Positions 29,601 to 39,081 of a stretch of 46,151 nt of DNA are shown here, one piece after another. The stretch's first letter is position 1. Every line of letters starts with the position of its first letter. This DNA is from an uncultured Leptotrichiaceae bacterium (lineage in GTDB: Bacteria; Fusobacteriota; Fusobacteriia; Fusobacteriales; Leptotrichiaceae). The position numbers and the translations under genes were made by a program. Under the pieces are notes generated by a model. The model was not told the DNA's origin, ran no database searches, and saw only the letters and a program-made list of their open reading frames with translations. The DNA lies in the NCBI GenBank assembly GCA_938037005.1, contig CALHVR010000043.1:1-46151 (forward strand). The letters run 5' to 3'.

Positions 29601-32600
29601 CAACAGTTTTTATGTTTCCTTTGTTAGTAAATGTTCCTGTTCCATTAGCTAAAAGGTTAGTTAATCCACCTGTCGTATTTGTTTCATTATTAATTTCAAC
29701 ATCAATGTTATTAACTAAATCTGTTCCATCAAAAATAACTCCAGTAGCCTTACCTGTATTACTTCCTTTATAATTTAATTTTAATTTTTTCCCTGCTGCT
29801 GCATTAATTGTTGATTTATCTTTCAAGTATATTCCTACACCAGAATCTTTAACATTAATATTAACATCATCTGTAAGTTTAACATCTGAATTTTGAGCAT
29901 AAGTTCCTATTCCTTCTGCTCCCACTGTTATATTTCCAGCTAATTCTATAGTTGCCCCTTCATTATTAGATGCACTAGTTGATTTAACTGATATTCCAGC
30001 TCCTTTATCTCCAAGAACTATATCTCCAACATTTTTAACAAGTAATTTACTTCTATCCTTATCACTGTTATTGTTTACTGATATTCCTATAGAATCTTCT
30101 CCTTTAATATCTATTGTACCTGCATTTAAAATATCTACAGCATTTCCTGTTGCTCCTGCTTTATCTGTTCCAAATGGTACAGTATCACCCGGATTTACTT
30201 TTGATGAGGCATTCGCTGCTATTCCTATACCTTTTTCTGCTACAGTAATAGATCCTTTTGTATCATTTACTAATTTACTTCCATTTGTTCCAAATATTCC
30301 AACTCCTGCATTAGTCATTTCAACTTTATTTTTATTTTCTATTTTTCCATAGTTTACTGACATGGCAGCTGTAGAACTACTTGGGGTTAAAATACCATTT
30401 TCTACTTTTACAAGTCCACTGTTTACAAATCCAGTTTCATCATTAGATGTTGCACTTGCATCAGATTGAATACTTAATCCTTGTCCGCTAAATGTTGTAT
30501 TACTAGCATCTCTTGTAACAGTAACTCCCTCTTTAATATCAACCAATGTTTTTCTTAATGAAATATGATTATATCCATCATCTTTATTATTAATATTAAT
30601 CTCTAAAGTCATTGCCGGAGCTTTAGGTTCTATATTTAAAGTTCCACCTGTTATATAAGATTTAGTCCAAAAATATGCTTCTTCACCATCTTTTTTAACT
30701 GTAACATCTTTAAATAATTGTTTTTCTCCATTATTATCTTTATTAGCTAATATTTTTTTTACATAATCATCAGTACCATTCCATGTCATTGTAACACCTG
30801 TATTATCTATTTGCCCTAGATTGATACCATCTTTTTTAATATTCAATGTTACGTGTTCTTTAAATCCTTGATATTTACTATTAGGTTTATTATAGTCTTT
30901 TACATCAGCTAGATCAATAACTCCATCATAAAGATTGAAAACTGTATTTCCTGTTATTTCAATTTTAGAAGTATTATCTGCATAAACTGGTGCTGTCTTA
31001 TCATATTTTGTTTTATCATCAAAATTATTTTTAACTTCTATAGTTCCTCCACCAAATTTTACAGTACCTCCATTAGTAGCAACTAATCCATTTCCTACTC
31101 CAGCTTTAATTTCACTACCATTTCCTTTAATTTCTACTTCTCCACCATTAGTAGCAGATGCTCCCGTACCATGAATTTTAACATTTCCTGTTATAACTAC
31201 TTTAGATTTTTTTTCAGGGTCAGCACCATCTTTTCCAGAACCACCTTTACCTGATGCATAAGCTCCAATATTATTGTATTTTTCAAGTTTAGTAGCTGTA
31301 TCCTCTGCTGCCCATCCATCTATGGCTTCAATATTTCCATCTATATGAATATCTCCATAGCTTACAGTTTTATGTGCTGCACCTGTATCGTCTTTATAGT
31401 TATGTTCAAATTTATTTGCATAAGCTATTAATGAACCAAATCCATAAGCTTTAGTGTCTTTTGCAGTTATTTTTCCACCTTCAGCCATATATGCTATTGG
31501 TCTTAGCTCAGCATTATTTTCTTTAGCCATTTTTGCTGACATTTCCAAAGGAACACCAAAATTAATTTCAGATTTTTCATCTTTAAGTGCATTTATTGTA
31601 GCTTCACTAATTCCATATTTATTATTACCAAATGTTAATCTTCTTTGTTGAGCTTCACCATCTCCCCAAGTTCCTTTAGCTAATGCTAAAATTGTTCCTG
31701 TTGCAGCTTTATTAGCATTCTCATCAGCTGAACTTATCAATTTATTATCAACATAATCAGATGATTTTACATTATAGTCTTTTATAGCTTCTGTTCTTAT
31801 AGGAACAGTTGCCGCATCTTTTTTACCTGCTACTACATTTCCAGTTCCATCTAAAACTTCCTCTGTATGATGTTTTCCATCTTTTTCTGTTTCTGCTATT
31901 GCTACATCTATTTGAGTTCCTCTTTCAGAATCTATCATAATATTTCTCTTAGAATATTTTCCAAAAGTAGCATCAATATCATTTATATAAAGTGCATGAA
32001 TTGGATCACTTTCTTGAATTTTTCCATCTCCTTTTAAATCTTTTACAACATCTATACCTTTTCTTTGACCTGATTGAGCTAGTACAACCACATTATTTTC
32101 CACAAACTTATCTGAAGTACCACCCATTGCTCCTTTAGCTGTTTGATTTGTTGCAGTAGGCTCTGATGCAAGTTGCTCTCCAATTCTTGCAGAAGGTTTT
32201 ATTTCTCCTTGATGTATTCCTCTTTTTGTAGATTTCCACTCTGGATTATTTATAGCCCCCCAGTTTGTTGTAGTTTCTTTGTAATGTTCTTCTTTGATTT
32301 CTTTTCCATCTATATCTTTACCAGTACTTTTATCTGGAATTAAATCTGCAAAATATAAGATAGTATTATTGTCTCCATATGAATTAACAGCATTATCCAT
32401 TCTTATTACAGGTGTAAGTCCTGTTTGATATACATCTTCTCTTACTCCACTATATTTACCTAGTAATTTTTGCATATTTGGTGTATACCCAAGACCTGAG
32501 TAAAATATATTTCCCGAACCTTCAAAATTAACAGTAGAATTATTAGTAATATTATAACTTCCTGAAATACCAACTAAATTATATATAATATTTCCATTAG

Positions 32601-34170
32601 TTTTAACTTCTGCATTTACTCCTTCTCCTAAATAAGCTCCTCTTTGATCCCTAGCTCTAGAGTCTTCTTCGTTAAACAAAACATAAGCACTTGTTGGTAG
32701 CATATAAAATAAAGTATTTTCATCATTTTTGAAATTCACTTTAACATTTTTAAAATTTAATTTACCAGAATGCCATGATTCAACAGAAAACATTGCAGCT
32801 TTTCCCCATAAATTTCCTTCAATATTCTGGAAAGTTCCATTCCAAACACCGTGTATTCCTATTACACCATTCATTTTTTTACCCTCAACATCTGCTATGC
32901 CCGGCTTTTCAGTTATATCATTTCCATCCTTATCTTTTTCAACATTACCAGCTAAATTAAAAATTTTCTTTTTCCCATCTACAGCTCCGTATATAAATCC
33001 TCCAACTACTGGATTTTTTATATCTTTTTCACTAATTCTTTTATCTTCTGGCATCAAATCATATTCAGCAGTAGTATTTGCTTTCATAAATCCGTTTTTA
33101 ACAAATACCAACGATCCTAACCTTTCTTCGCCTTCCTTTTCATCTACAATAGTTCCATCCGACTTAATTCCACCTGAACTTGCTGTAAATTTTTCGCCAT
33201 TATGTCCTGTCCATAATTTCCCATATGTTGCTCTAAATTCATTACTGCTATCATCTGCATTAGGACTTCCATATAATCCTGGTGATCCTGCTTCTTCACT
33301 ATCATCCCTTTGACTATTTATATTATAATGCTCCCCTTCAAGTTGCTTAAATTCCGTATATCTATAATCAGTAAATGGATTTGTGTTAGGTTGAGGAGTT
33401 TTTACTGTTACTTCTACTTCTTTAGGTATTATTGGATCTGGTGCTGGCACCTCTGGAACATTCAACGGAATATCCACTCCTGCCGGTTCTTTTGTTTCAA
33501 TCTCTTCAACACTAACAGAGTCTCTTCCAACTTCTTTTGGTCTTACTGTTGCATCTATATTAAGACTTGCTATAGGTTCTTGTACTTCTCCCGTACTCGT
33601 TACTCCATAACTATTTAATTGTTTTCCTCCTTTTTTTCTTACACTCGTTATTGCAGAAGTAAGAGAGTTTTTCCCTTCATTTTCTTTTTCTTTTTTTTCT
33701 GTAAACTTTTCATAACTTGAACTCTCTGAAGATATACTTCTTTCATATATATCAGTACTTCTTTCAAAAATTCCTTCATATGGATATTTTTCTTTTTTAT
33801 CTCCTTTTCCTTTATAAGTTCCACTCCATTTATTATGGAAATAATTTATTCCATATTGCCAAGAACTCCAAGGTGATTTTACTACTTGATCTCCTTGTTC
33901 CATTAATTTTATTAATTCTAAATTAGTATCTTTTAATAATTTTTCATTTTCTTTTTTTGCCTTTAAAAATAACTGTTTTACTTCTGTTGTAGTATTTCCT
34001 ATTTCTGTTTTAACTTGTGATATCTTTTTATCTGTTTGAGTTGTTGCAGATAAACTAATCATTCCTGTTAATAAAAATGATATTAAAAGCGCACTTGTAT
34101 AAGTTACACCTTTTACTCTTTTAGCGTAGCTTCTAAGTTGCTTTTCTAACGTCTTTAAAGTATTACCCAT
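26668..34170 (-). CDS. giant type Va autotransporter (Fap2/RadD-like putative adhesin), 2500 aa
   Basis: N-terminus MGNTLKTLEKQLRSYAKRVKGVTYTSALLISFLLTGMISLSA is the extended signal typical of fusobacterial autotransporters. The passenger is rich in G-[IV]-G-I-[YF]-type beta-helix rungs. The C-terminal ~280 aa have alternating-hydrophobic beta strands ending ...GGIGFRAVF, with a terminal aromatic. Confidence 0.9.
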   Translation of the reverse strand: MGNTLKTLEKQLRSYAKRVKGVTYTSALLISFLLTGMISLSATTQTDKKISQVKTEIGNTTTEVKQLFLKAKKENEKLLKDTNLELIKLMEQGDQVVKSPWSSWQYGINYFHNKWSGTYKGKGDKKEKYPYEGIFERSTDIYERSISSESSSYEKFTEKKEKENEGKNSLTSAITSVRKKGGKQLNSYGVTSTGEVQEPIASLNIDATVRPKEVGRDSVSVEEIETKEPAGVDIPLNVPEVPAPDPIIPKEVEVTVKTPQPNTNPFTDYRYTEFKQLEGEHYNINSQRDDSEEAGSPGLYGSPNADDSSNEFRATYGKLWTGHNGEKFTASSGGIKSDGTIVDEKEGEERLGSLVFVKNGFMKANTTAEYDLMPEDKRISEKDIKNPVVGGFIYGAVDGKKKIFNLAGNVEKDKDGNDITEKPGIADVEGKKMNGVIGIHGVWNGTFQNIEGNLWGKAAMFSVESWHSGKLNFKNVKVNFKNDENTLFYMLPTSAYVLFNEEDSRARDQRGAYLGEGVNAEVKTNGNIIYNLVGISGSYNITNNSTVNFEGSGNIFYSGLGYTPNMQKLLGKYSGVREDVYQTGLTPVIRMDNAVNSYGDNNTILYFADLIPDKSTGKDIDGKEIKEEHYKETTTNWGAINNPEWKSTKRGIHQGEIKPSARIGEQLASEPTATNQTAKGAMGGTSDKFVENNVVVLAQSGQRKGIDVVKDLKGDGKIQESDPIHALYINDIDATFGKYSKRNIMIDSERGTQIDVAIAETEKDGKHHTEEVLDGTGNVVAGKKDAATVPIRTEAIKDYNVKSSDYVDNKLISSADENANKAATGTILALAKGTWGDGEAQQRRLTFGNNKYGISEATINALKDEKSEINFGVPLEMSAKMAKENNAELRPIAYMAEGGKITAKDTKAYGFGSLIAYANKFEHNYKDDTGAAHKTVSYGDIHIDGNIEAIDGWAAEDTATKLEKYNNIGAYASGKGGSGKDGADPEKKSKVVITGNVKIHGTGASATNGGEVEIKGNGSEIKAGVGNGLVATNGGTVKFGGGTIEVKNNFDDKTKYDKTAPVYADNTSKIEITGNTVFNLYDGVIDLADVKDYNKPNSKYQGFKEHVTLNIKKDGINLGQIDNTGVTMTWNGTDDYVKKILANKDNNGEKQLFKDVTVKKDGEEAYFWTKSYITGGTLNIEPKAPAMTLEININNKDDGYNHISLRKTLVDIKEGVTVTRDASNTTFSGQGLSIQSDASATSNDETGFVNSGLVKVENGILTPSSSTAAMSVNYGKIENKNKVEMTNAGVGIFGTNGSKLVNDTKGSITVAEKGIGIAANASSKVNPGDTVPFGTDKAGATGNAVDILNAGTIDIKGEDSIGISVNNNSDKDRSKLLVKNVGDIVLGDKGAGISVKSTSASNNEGATIELAGNITVGAEGIGTYAQNSDVKLTDDVNINVKDSGVGIYLKDKSTINAAAGKKLKLNYKGSNTGKATGVIFDGTDLVNNIDVEINNETNTTGGLTNLLANGTGTFTNKGNIKTVGVKGYGIVANKNTLTSVVNEGDIDVSAADSDTNPNIGIYTKEATIGITNKKNIKVGKNSIGIYGHGVTLETGAKIETSDNAVGIYSNSKDVTLKDGSTLNVGTNKAVGIYANGSGQNINLLGNISIGDHGYGLINNNEQGNNTILSKATVTKHLGSDTVFIYSKDKLGSVTNYTHLKATGDENYGIYGAGTIENHGNIDFKDGKGNVGIYSISSDESKIATNYATIEVGASIYDKTKPRETKYAIGMAGGYTPAIEERNEKTPFTGHIVNKGKIKVTGEHSIGMFATEKNSTLVNKGDIILSASNTTGIYLDNEAVGHNYGKIISEGEGLENLVGIFVKNGATIYNHRGAEIRLNAKHSKGIYAAGAGNKKGIIKNYGDFDIASDIERKSIKEPDTKGESGPIPIVNVSGEGSSAFDENKSKLDKELGGVKIDEKGIYDNRLPNEKPIKAPNLVTVDPETIKKLEKDKLVTPSATAKTVNSLGMYIDTSNVDFTKPIEGIENLKDLTEVDLIVGNEAAKYTNSKYIQVDPKIYNEKNGGTKSYNDLIINNPQIAKWSIYSGSLTWMTSIKRDENTGAIENIYLAKIPYTEWAGKEATPVDKKDTYNFLDGLEKRYGVDKQVGDRGYKEKLLFNKLNGIGNNEEILFHQAVDEMMGHQYANTQIRTYMTGRQLDKEFRYLMNDWYNPSKQNNKIKVFGMKDEFKTDTAGIKDFESNSYGLAYVHEDETIKLGQETGWYAGLIHNRFRFKDIGKSVEDQNMLKLGVFKTRAYDNNGSLKWKVSLDGFVGMNDMERRYLVVDRGMDKNVDEIFGAKSRYYTYGIGVRNEVSKDYRLSEHVSLVPYGSLNVEYGRFTTIKEQKGEMRLEVKGNHYISVKPEIGAELKYSKKINSEFKYTLSAGIGYETELGRVYNSRNKAKVAYTDANMYNLAREKEDRMGSFKADLKFGLEKNRFGLTLNVGYDTRGNNLRGGIGFRAVF

Positions 34171-34262
34171 CTTTTCACTCCTTTTTTAGTATAATCTTTG
34201 TTTTATCTTTTTTTTAAAATATAATTTAATTACTCTTAATGTCAATTATACAATATTTTTTT

Positions 34263-35183
34263 TTATTTTTCAACTTTATATTCAAACTTTTCTAATATAT
34301 TTTCAACAACCTCATCTTCCGTTATTTCCGATAAATTATATATAATATAATCTGTTTCTTTTTTAAACCAAGTCATTTGTCGTTTAGCATATCTCCGACT
34401 TTCTCTCTTCACATTTTCAACTGCCTCATCTAAACTAACTTTCCCATCAAAATAGTCAAAAAATTCTTTATATCCAATCGCACTTATTTTATGCAGTTTA
34501 TCTTTATAATTATCATAAATATATTTTACTTCATCAAGTATCCCTTGTTTTAGCATAATATCTACACGCATATTAATCCTATTATAAAGCTCTTCTCTAT
34601 CTCTTACTAAAAATATTTTCAAAAAATTATATTTATTCTTTTTCACATTTTTTGTACGAATTTTACTAAATTTTTCTCCTGTTAAAAGACAAACTTCTAT
34701 CGCTCTAACAAGTCTAATTTTATTTTGTTTATCTACCCCATTATATGCTTTTTCATCTAATATTTTTAGCTGTTCTTGCAGTTCACTTAAACTTTTTTCA
34801 TTTAATTCATTTCTAAGTTTTTCATTTTTTGACGGCAAGTCTGAAAATCCATCCGTTATTGCACGAATATACAATCCCGTTCCACCAACTAACAAAATAT
34901 TTTTATTATTTTCATCAAAGTTATTCAATATTTCGTTTACATCTTTTTCAAAATCTCCAACACTATAATCTTCTCCAATCTCAGCAACATCTATTAGATG
35001 ATGTTTCACTCCTTGCATTTCGTCTTTCGTTATTTTTGCCGTCCCTATATCCATCTTTTTATATACTTGCGATGCGTCTGCCGATATTATTTCTGCTTCT
35101 AGTATTTTTGCTAATTTTATTGACATATTTGTTTTTCCAACAGCTGTAGGCCCAGCTATTACAATCCCATTATATTTTTTCAT
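34263..35183 (-). CDS. miaA: tRNA dimethylallyltransferase
   Basis: GPTAVGKT P-loop. ISADASQVYKKMDIGTAKIT and RRYAKRQMTWFKK motifs. Confidence 0.92.
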   Translation of the reverse strand: MKKYNGIVIAGPTAVGKTNMSIKLAKILEAEIISADASQVYKKMDIGTAKITKDEMQGVKHHLIDVAEIGEDYSVGDFEKDVNEILNNFDENNKNILLVGGTGLYIRAITDGFSDLPSKNEKLRNELNEKSLSELQEQLKILDEKAYNGVDKQNKIRLVRAIEVCLLTGEKFSKIRTKNVKKNKYNFLKIFLVRDREELYNRINMRVDIMLKQGILDEVKYIYDNYKDKLHKISAIGYKEFFDYFDGKVSLDEAVENVKRESRRYAKRQMTWFKKETDYIIYNLSEITEDEVVENILEKFEYKVEK

Positions 35184-35222
35184 ATTTTTCCCTTTTTCTT
35201 TTTTATTAATATTAAAATAATT

Positions 35223-35951
35223 TTATTTATATAATTTGTCTACATATTCACTTCTTTTCCCCTTTTCATTATATACAAAAATTGGTTTTTCAATTTTTAA
35301 TCCCTTTTCTGCATCTTTTATGCCTTCAATCAAACAAATTTTACTTTCTTCATCTTGTTTTGTAAAAATATTTATTAATCTTTTCGGTTCTAATCTATAT
35401 TTTCTCATAATTTCAAACACCTCAACAAGCCTCTCCACACGAAAAACCATATTAAAACTTCCCCCATTTTTCAGCACAAATGCACTTGCTTCAACAATTT
35501 CTCCCAAACTCAAATCAACATTATGTCTTGCTTTTGCTAATTGATCTAAATCATTAATCTGATTAATGTTTCCTTTAAACTCAAAATACGGAGGATTTGT
35601 AACAACAACATCAAACTCATCTCTCTTAAAAATTTCTCTATAATTTTTTATATCGCCTTGCATTATTTTTACTCTATCTCCAAGTTTATTATTTTGTACA
35701 TTTTCTTTTGCAATGTCAGCCATTATTTCTTGTAATTCAACTCCAACAATTTCAGCTTTAGAACGATTTGCTAAAATCAATGCAATTACTCCACAACCTG
35801 TCCCAATATCTAATATTTTTTTGCTTTTTCTATTTATCTTTACAAAATCACCAATTAATACCGAATCTAATGTAAAATTTTGAAAATCATTTCTTTGTAT
35901 AATTTTTATATTTTTTAACATCGTTTCGGTTCTTTCTCCTGTTTTTTTCAT
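35223..35951 (-). CDS. SAM-dependent methyltransferase, tRNA (adenine-N6)-methyltransferase (YfiC/TrmN6)-like
   Basis: ILDIGTGCGVIALILA (motif I) and VVTNPPYF (N6-adenine/amino-MTase motif IV). 242 aa. Confidence 0.7.
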   Translation of the reverse strand: MKKTGERTETMLKNIKIIQRNDFQNFTLDSVLIGDFVKINRKSKKILDIGTGCGVIALILANRSKAEIVGVELQEIMADIAKENVQNNKLGDRVKIMQGDIKNYREIFKRDEFDVVVTNPPYFEFKGNINQINDLDQLAKARHNVDLSLGEIVEASAFVLKNGGSFNMVFRVERLVEVFEIMRKYRLEPKRLINIFTKQDEESKICLIEGIKDAEKGLKIEKPIFVYNEKGKRSEYVDKLYK

Positions 35952-36098
35952 ATTTCCTCATTTTTTTATTTTAATTTATTTTTATCATATTATAACTTTA
36001 TTTCTTATATTTTACCACATTATTATTTTTGATTATAGTAAAATATCTATTTTCACATTTATTAAATTTTAATTAAAGTTGTAAAAAACAAATAAAAG

Positions 36099-36170
36099 AG
36101 AGTATATTTTTTGAACTGTATTTCTATATCTGCCCTTTAATGATTTTAAAATACAACTCAAATATACTCT
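36099..36170 (-). terminator. long imperfect inverted repeat, possible terminator after the Sel1-repeat gene
   Basis: AGAGTATATTT (36099..36109) is perfectly complementary to AAATATACTCT (36160..36170). The arms extend inward (GAACTGTA / TACAACTC) with a 3-nt bulge and 2 mismatches. The loop is about 31 nt. On the minus strand it is followed by CUUUUAUUUGUUUUUU. Confidence 0.35.
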
Positions 36171-36213
36171 TCCTAGAAATTTATATCGTTATTATTTTTT
36201 ATTTTATTATTTT

Positions 36214-37020
36214 TTAATTTACTAATCCTTTTTTTACTTCAATATGTCTAAGTTTATCATCTACTGACATTCCTGCTTCATCTCTTGCTTTTTCATACCA
36301 AATTTTTGCCTCTTCAAATCTTTCTCTCATTTCATATAATTCTGCAAGATTGTACATAGCACCTAAATACCCAGCATCTATTGCTCTAAAATACCATTCT
36401 TCTGCTATTTCAAAGTTTCCTTTTATAAAATTTAAGTATCCTATATTGTTTAAAGCTCCAATATGCCCATAATTTATAGCTTGTTCATACAAGTTTTCTG
36501 CTTTTTTATATTTTTTCTCTTTAAAATATATTACTCCTAAAGCGTTCATACAATGAGAATCTCCATTTTTTACACCTTTTGTAAAATATTTTTTTGAGTT
36601 TTTACTATCATTTCTCTCATCATAAAATAATCCTAAATTATAACACACCTCTTTATTTTTTAACTTTAACGCTTTTAAAAAATATTCTTCAGCTAAATCA
36701 TACTTCTCTTGTTCTTTATATATCAACCCTAAATAATTCATAGAATCTCCATCTTTTAGCTTTGCCATTTCTAAAAAACATTTTTCAGCTAAATCTTTTT
36801 TATCTGTATTTATATAAAGTACGCCCAAATTAAACATAGCTCTAACATTTCCATTTTCAATCGCATTAAAATAGAATTTTTGTGCTCTTTGAAAGTCACC
36901 TATTGTCGATAGCAAAACACCTAAATCATTTAATGATTCTCCATCTTTAGGATTTTGTTCTATTTTTTCTAATTTTTTATCTATTTCATTTAAAATCTCT
37001 TCTTTACTTAAATTTTTCAT
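36214..37020 (-). CDS. Sel1-like/TPR repeat protein (no obvious signal peptide)
   Basis: 268 aa. Repeated A..(Y/W)(F/Y)..A...G...AM.NLG.(L/I)Y units (AMFNLGVLY, SMNYLGLIY, CMNALGVIY, ALNNIGYLN, AMYNLAELY). Confidence 0.75.
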   Translation of the reverse strand: MKNLSKEEILNEIDKKLEKIEQNPKDGESLNDLGVLLSTIGDFQRAQKFYFNAIENGNVRAMFNLGVLYINTDKKDLAEKCFLEMAKLKDGDSMNYLGLIYKEQEKYDLAEEYFLKALKLKNKEVCYNLGLFYDERNDSKNSKKYFTKGVKNGDSHCMNALGVIYFKEKKYKKAENLYEQAINYGHIGALNNIGYLNFIKGNFEIAEEWYFRAIDAGYLGAMYNLAELYEMRERFEEAKIWYEKARDEAGMSVDDKLRHIEVKKGLVN

Positions 37021-37027
37021 CTTAATT

Positions 37028-38857
37028 TTACTCCACCGTTACTGATTTTGCCAAGTTTCTTGGTTTATCTACATCATTTCCTTTTAATTTTGATAAATAA
37101 TAAGCAAGTAATTGATGAATTATAATTGATAAAAATCCAGTATAATCATCTTCTACTGCTGGAATATAAAACACTTCATCTGCTACTTCTTCAACAAGTG
37201 TATTCCCTTCTTTTGCTATCGCAATAACAAATGCTCCTCTTGCTGTAACTTCTTTTATATTAGACACTGATTTTTCAAATAAATCTGTTTGAGTTACATT
37301 AATTACAACTGGTACACCATCATCAATTAAAGCAATCGTTCCATGTTTTAATTCTCCTGATGCAAATGCCTCCGAGTGAATGTATGAAATCTCTTTAGAT
37401 TTCAACGCACCTTCAACAGCTATTACATAATCAAGTCCTCTTCCTAAATAAAACATACTATTTTGATCTTTTATTTTATCTGCTACAGCTTCCACTCTAT
37501 CTGCATAAGTTAAAACTTCTTGCACTCCCGCTTTTATTCTATATAATGATTTTATATCTTGTTCATATTGTTCTCTCGTTATTTTTCCAAATTTCATAGC
37601 CATATCTGTCGCTAATAAATATAAAATAACCATTTGAGTTGTGTACGCTTTTGTAGATGCTACTGAAATTTCAGGCCCTGCCCATGTATAAATTACATGA
37701 TCTGCCTCTCTTGCGATTGACGAACCTACAACATTTGTAATTGCAATTACTCTAGCTCCATGTCTTTTAGCTTCTTTCATTGCCTCTAATGTATCCAAAG
37801 TTTCTCCAGATTGACTTAATACAATTACTAGTGTTTTATTATCAATTACAGGATTTCTATATCTAAATTCTGATGCAACCTCAACATCTACTTTTACTCT
37901 TGTTCTTTTTTCAATAATATATTTCCCAACCAGTCCTGCATGATATGCAGTTCCACAGGCAACAATATAAATACTTCCCACACCTTCTAAATACTCTTTT
38001 GTTAATCCTGCATCATCAAAATTAATATTATTATTTTCATCTACTCTACTATTTAATGTTTCTATTAATACTTCAGGCTGTTCGTGTATTTCTTTTTCCA
38101 TAAAATACTCATATCCACCTTTTGAAGCTGCTTCCATATCCCATTCAATATGAGTTACTTCTCTCTCAACTGGTTGCCCTTGTGAGTTCATTATTTTTAC
38201 TGAATCTTTTTTTAATTCAACAATTTCTCCATTTTCAATTAAGTATACATCTCTTGTATATTTTAAAATCGCTGGAATGTCAGAAGCTATAAAGTTTTCT
38301 CCGTTTCCAATCCCTACTATTAATGGACTTTCTTTTCTTACTGCAATTAATCTATCGGGTTCTGAAACTGACATAATTCCCAATGCATAAGCACCTTTAA
38401 TAATTGTCAATAATTTTTTAGTTGCTTCTAGCAAATCTCCTTCATATAATTCCGTTAATAAATGAGCTATAACTTCCGTATCTGTCTCTGACTGGAATTC
38501 ATATCCTTTTTCAATTAATTCTTTTTTCAATTCCAAGTAATTTTCAATAATTCCATTATGAACCACAACTATACTTCTATCTTTATTAAAATGGGGATGT
38601 GAATTTTCATCTGACGGTTTTCCATGAGTTGCCCATCTTGTATGTCCTATAGCCATTGTTCCATGTAAAGGATTTTCAGCTAATACATTTGCTAAATTTT
38701 GCAATCTTCCTACTTTTTTTACAACTGCCAATCCCTTTTCTCCTGTATTTACTGCAATTCCTGCTGAATCATACCCTCTATATTCTAATTTTGATAATCC
38801 GTCAATAACAAAATCTTGGGCATTTTGACTCCCAATATATCCTACTATTCCACACAT
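37028..38857 (-). CDS. glmS: glutamine--fructose-6-phosphate aminotransferase
   Basis: Begins MCGIVGYIG (catalytic Cys2) with AAGGAGAAG upstream and ends ...NLAKSVTVE. The ORF-track extension to 38929 reads through the ribozyme leader. Confidence 0.97.
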   Translation of the reverse strand: MCGIVGYIGSQNAQDFVIDGLSKLEYRGYDSAGIAVNTGEKGLAVVKKVGRLQNLANVLAENPLHGTMAIGHTRWATHGKPSDENSHPHFNKDRSIVVVHNGIIENYLELKKELIEKGYEFQSETDTEVIAHLLTELYEGDLLEATKKLLTIIKGAYALGIMSVSEPDRLIAVRKESPLIVGIGNGENFIASDIPAILKYTRDVYLIENGEIVELKKDSVKIMNSQGQPVEREVTHIEWDMEAASKGGYEYFMEKEIHEQPEVLIETLNSRVDENNNINFDDAGLTKEYLEGVGSIYIVACGTAYHAGLVGKYIIEKRTRVKVDVEVASEFRYRNPVIDNKTLVIVLSQSGETLDTLEAMKEAKRHGARVIAITNVVGSSIAREADHVIYTWAGPEISVASTKAYTTQMVILYLLATDMAMKFGKITREQYEQDIKSLYRIKAGVQEVLTYADRVEAVADKIKDQNSMFYLGRGLDYVIAVEGALKSKEISYIHSEAFASGELKHGTIALIDDGVPVVINVTQTDLFEKSVSNIKEVTARGAFVIAIAKEGNTLVEEVADEVFYIPAVEDDYTGFLSIIIHQLLAYYLSKLKGNDVDKPRNLAKSVTVE

Positions 38858-38884
38858 ATTTTCTTCTCCTTTTAATGTAAATAT

Positions 38885-39056
38885 ACTAGAAAATATCACG
38901 ATAGTACTTTTATTATTACAATTACTCATAAATTTTGTATACTATTTGGGCTGTGATTTCCCAGAAAGTATCCGCCGAAAATCTCGATAACTTTCTCTCC
39001 TCGTCACCCTTAACCGTGAAGGTTAGATTAATTTTTGGTTAAGGGTCTGGCGCTTT
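38885..39056 (-). ncRNA. glmS ribozyme (GlcN6P-dependent self-cleaving leader); the 3' boundary is approximate
   Basis: Minus strand: AGCGCCAGACCC...GGGUGACGAGGAGAGAAAGUUAUCGAGAUUUUCGGCGGAUACUUUCUGGGAAAUCACAGCCC... This matches the conserved AGCGCCAGAAC...GACGAGGA...UUAUCGAA.UUUUCGGCGGAU...AUCACAGCC core, directly upstream of glmS. Confidence 0.9.
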
Positions 39057-39081
39057 AATATTTTTATTTTCTAGTCAGTGA

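Noticed and set aside
27069-33926. Many plus-strand ORFs inside the autotransporter gene (for example 32729..33313 at 194 aa, 30071..30352, 33310..33618)
   Set aside because: They are shadow ORFs antisense to a 7.5-kb gene with strong family features. Their translations are low-complexity (F/S/P/I-rich), lack RBSs, and are a by-product of the repetitive, stop-poor complementary frame.
38858-38929. 24-codon N-terminal extension of glmS in the ORF track (MSNCNNKSTIVIFSSIFTLKGEEN)
   Set aside because: GlmS must begin Met-Cys (MCGIVGY) with the catalytic Cys at position 2. A strong RBS precedes the ATG at 38857, and the extension overlaps the 3' part of the ribozyme leader.
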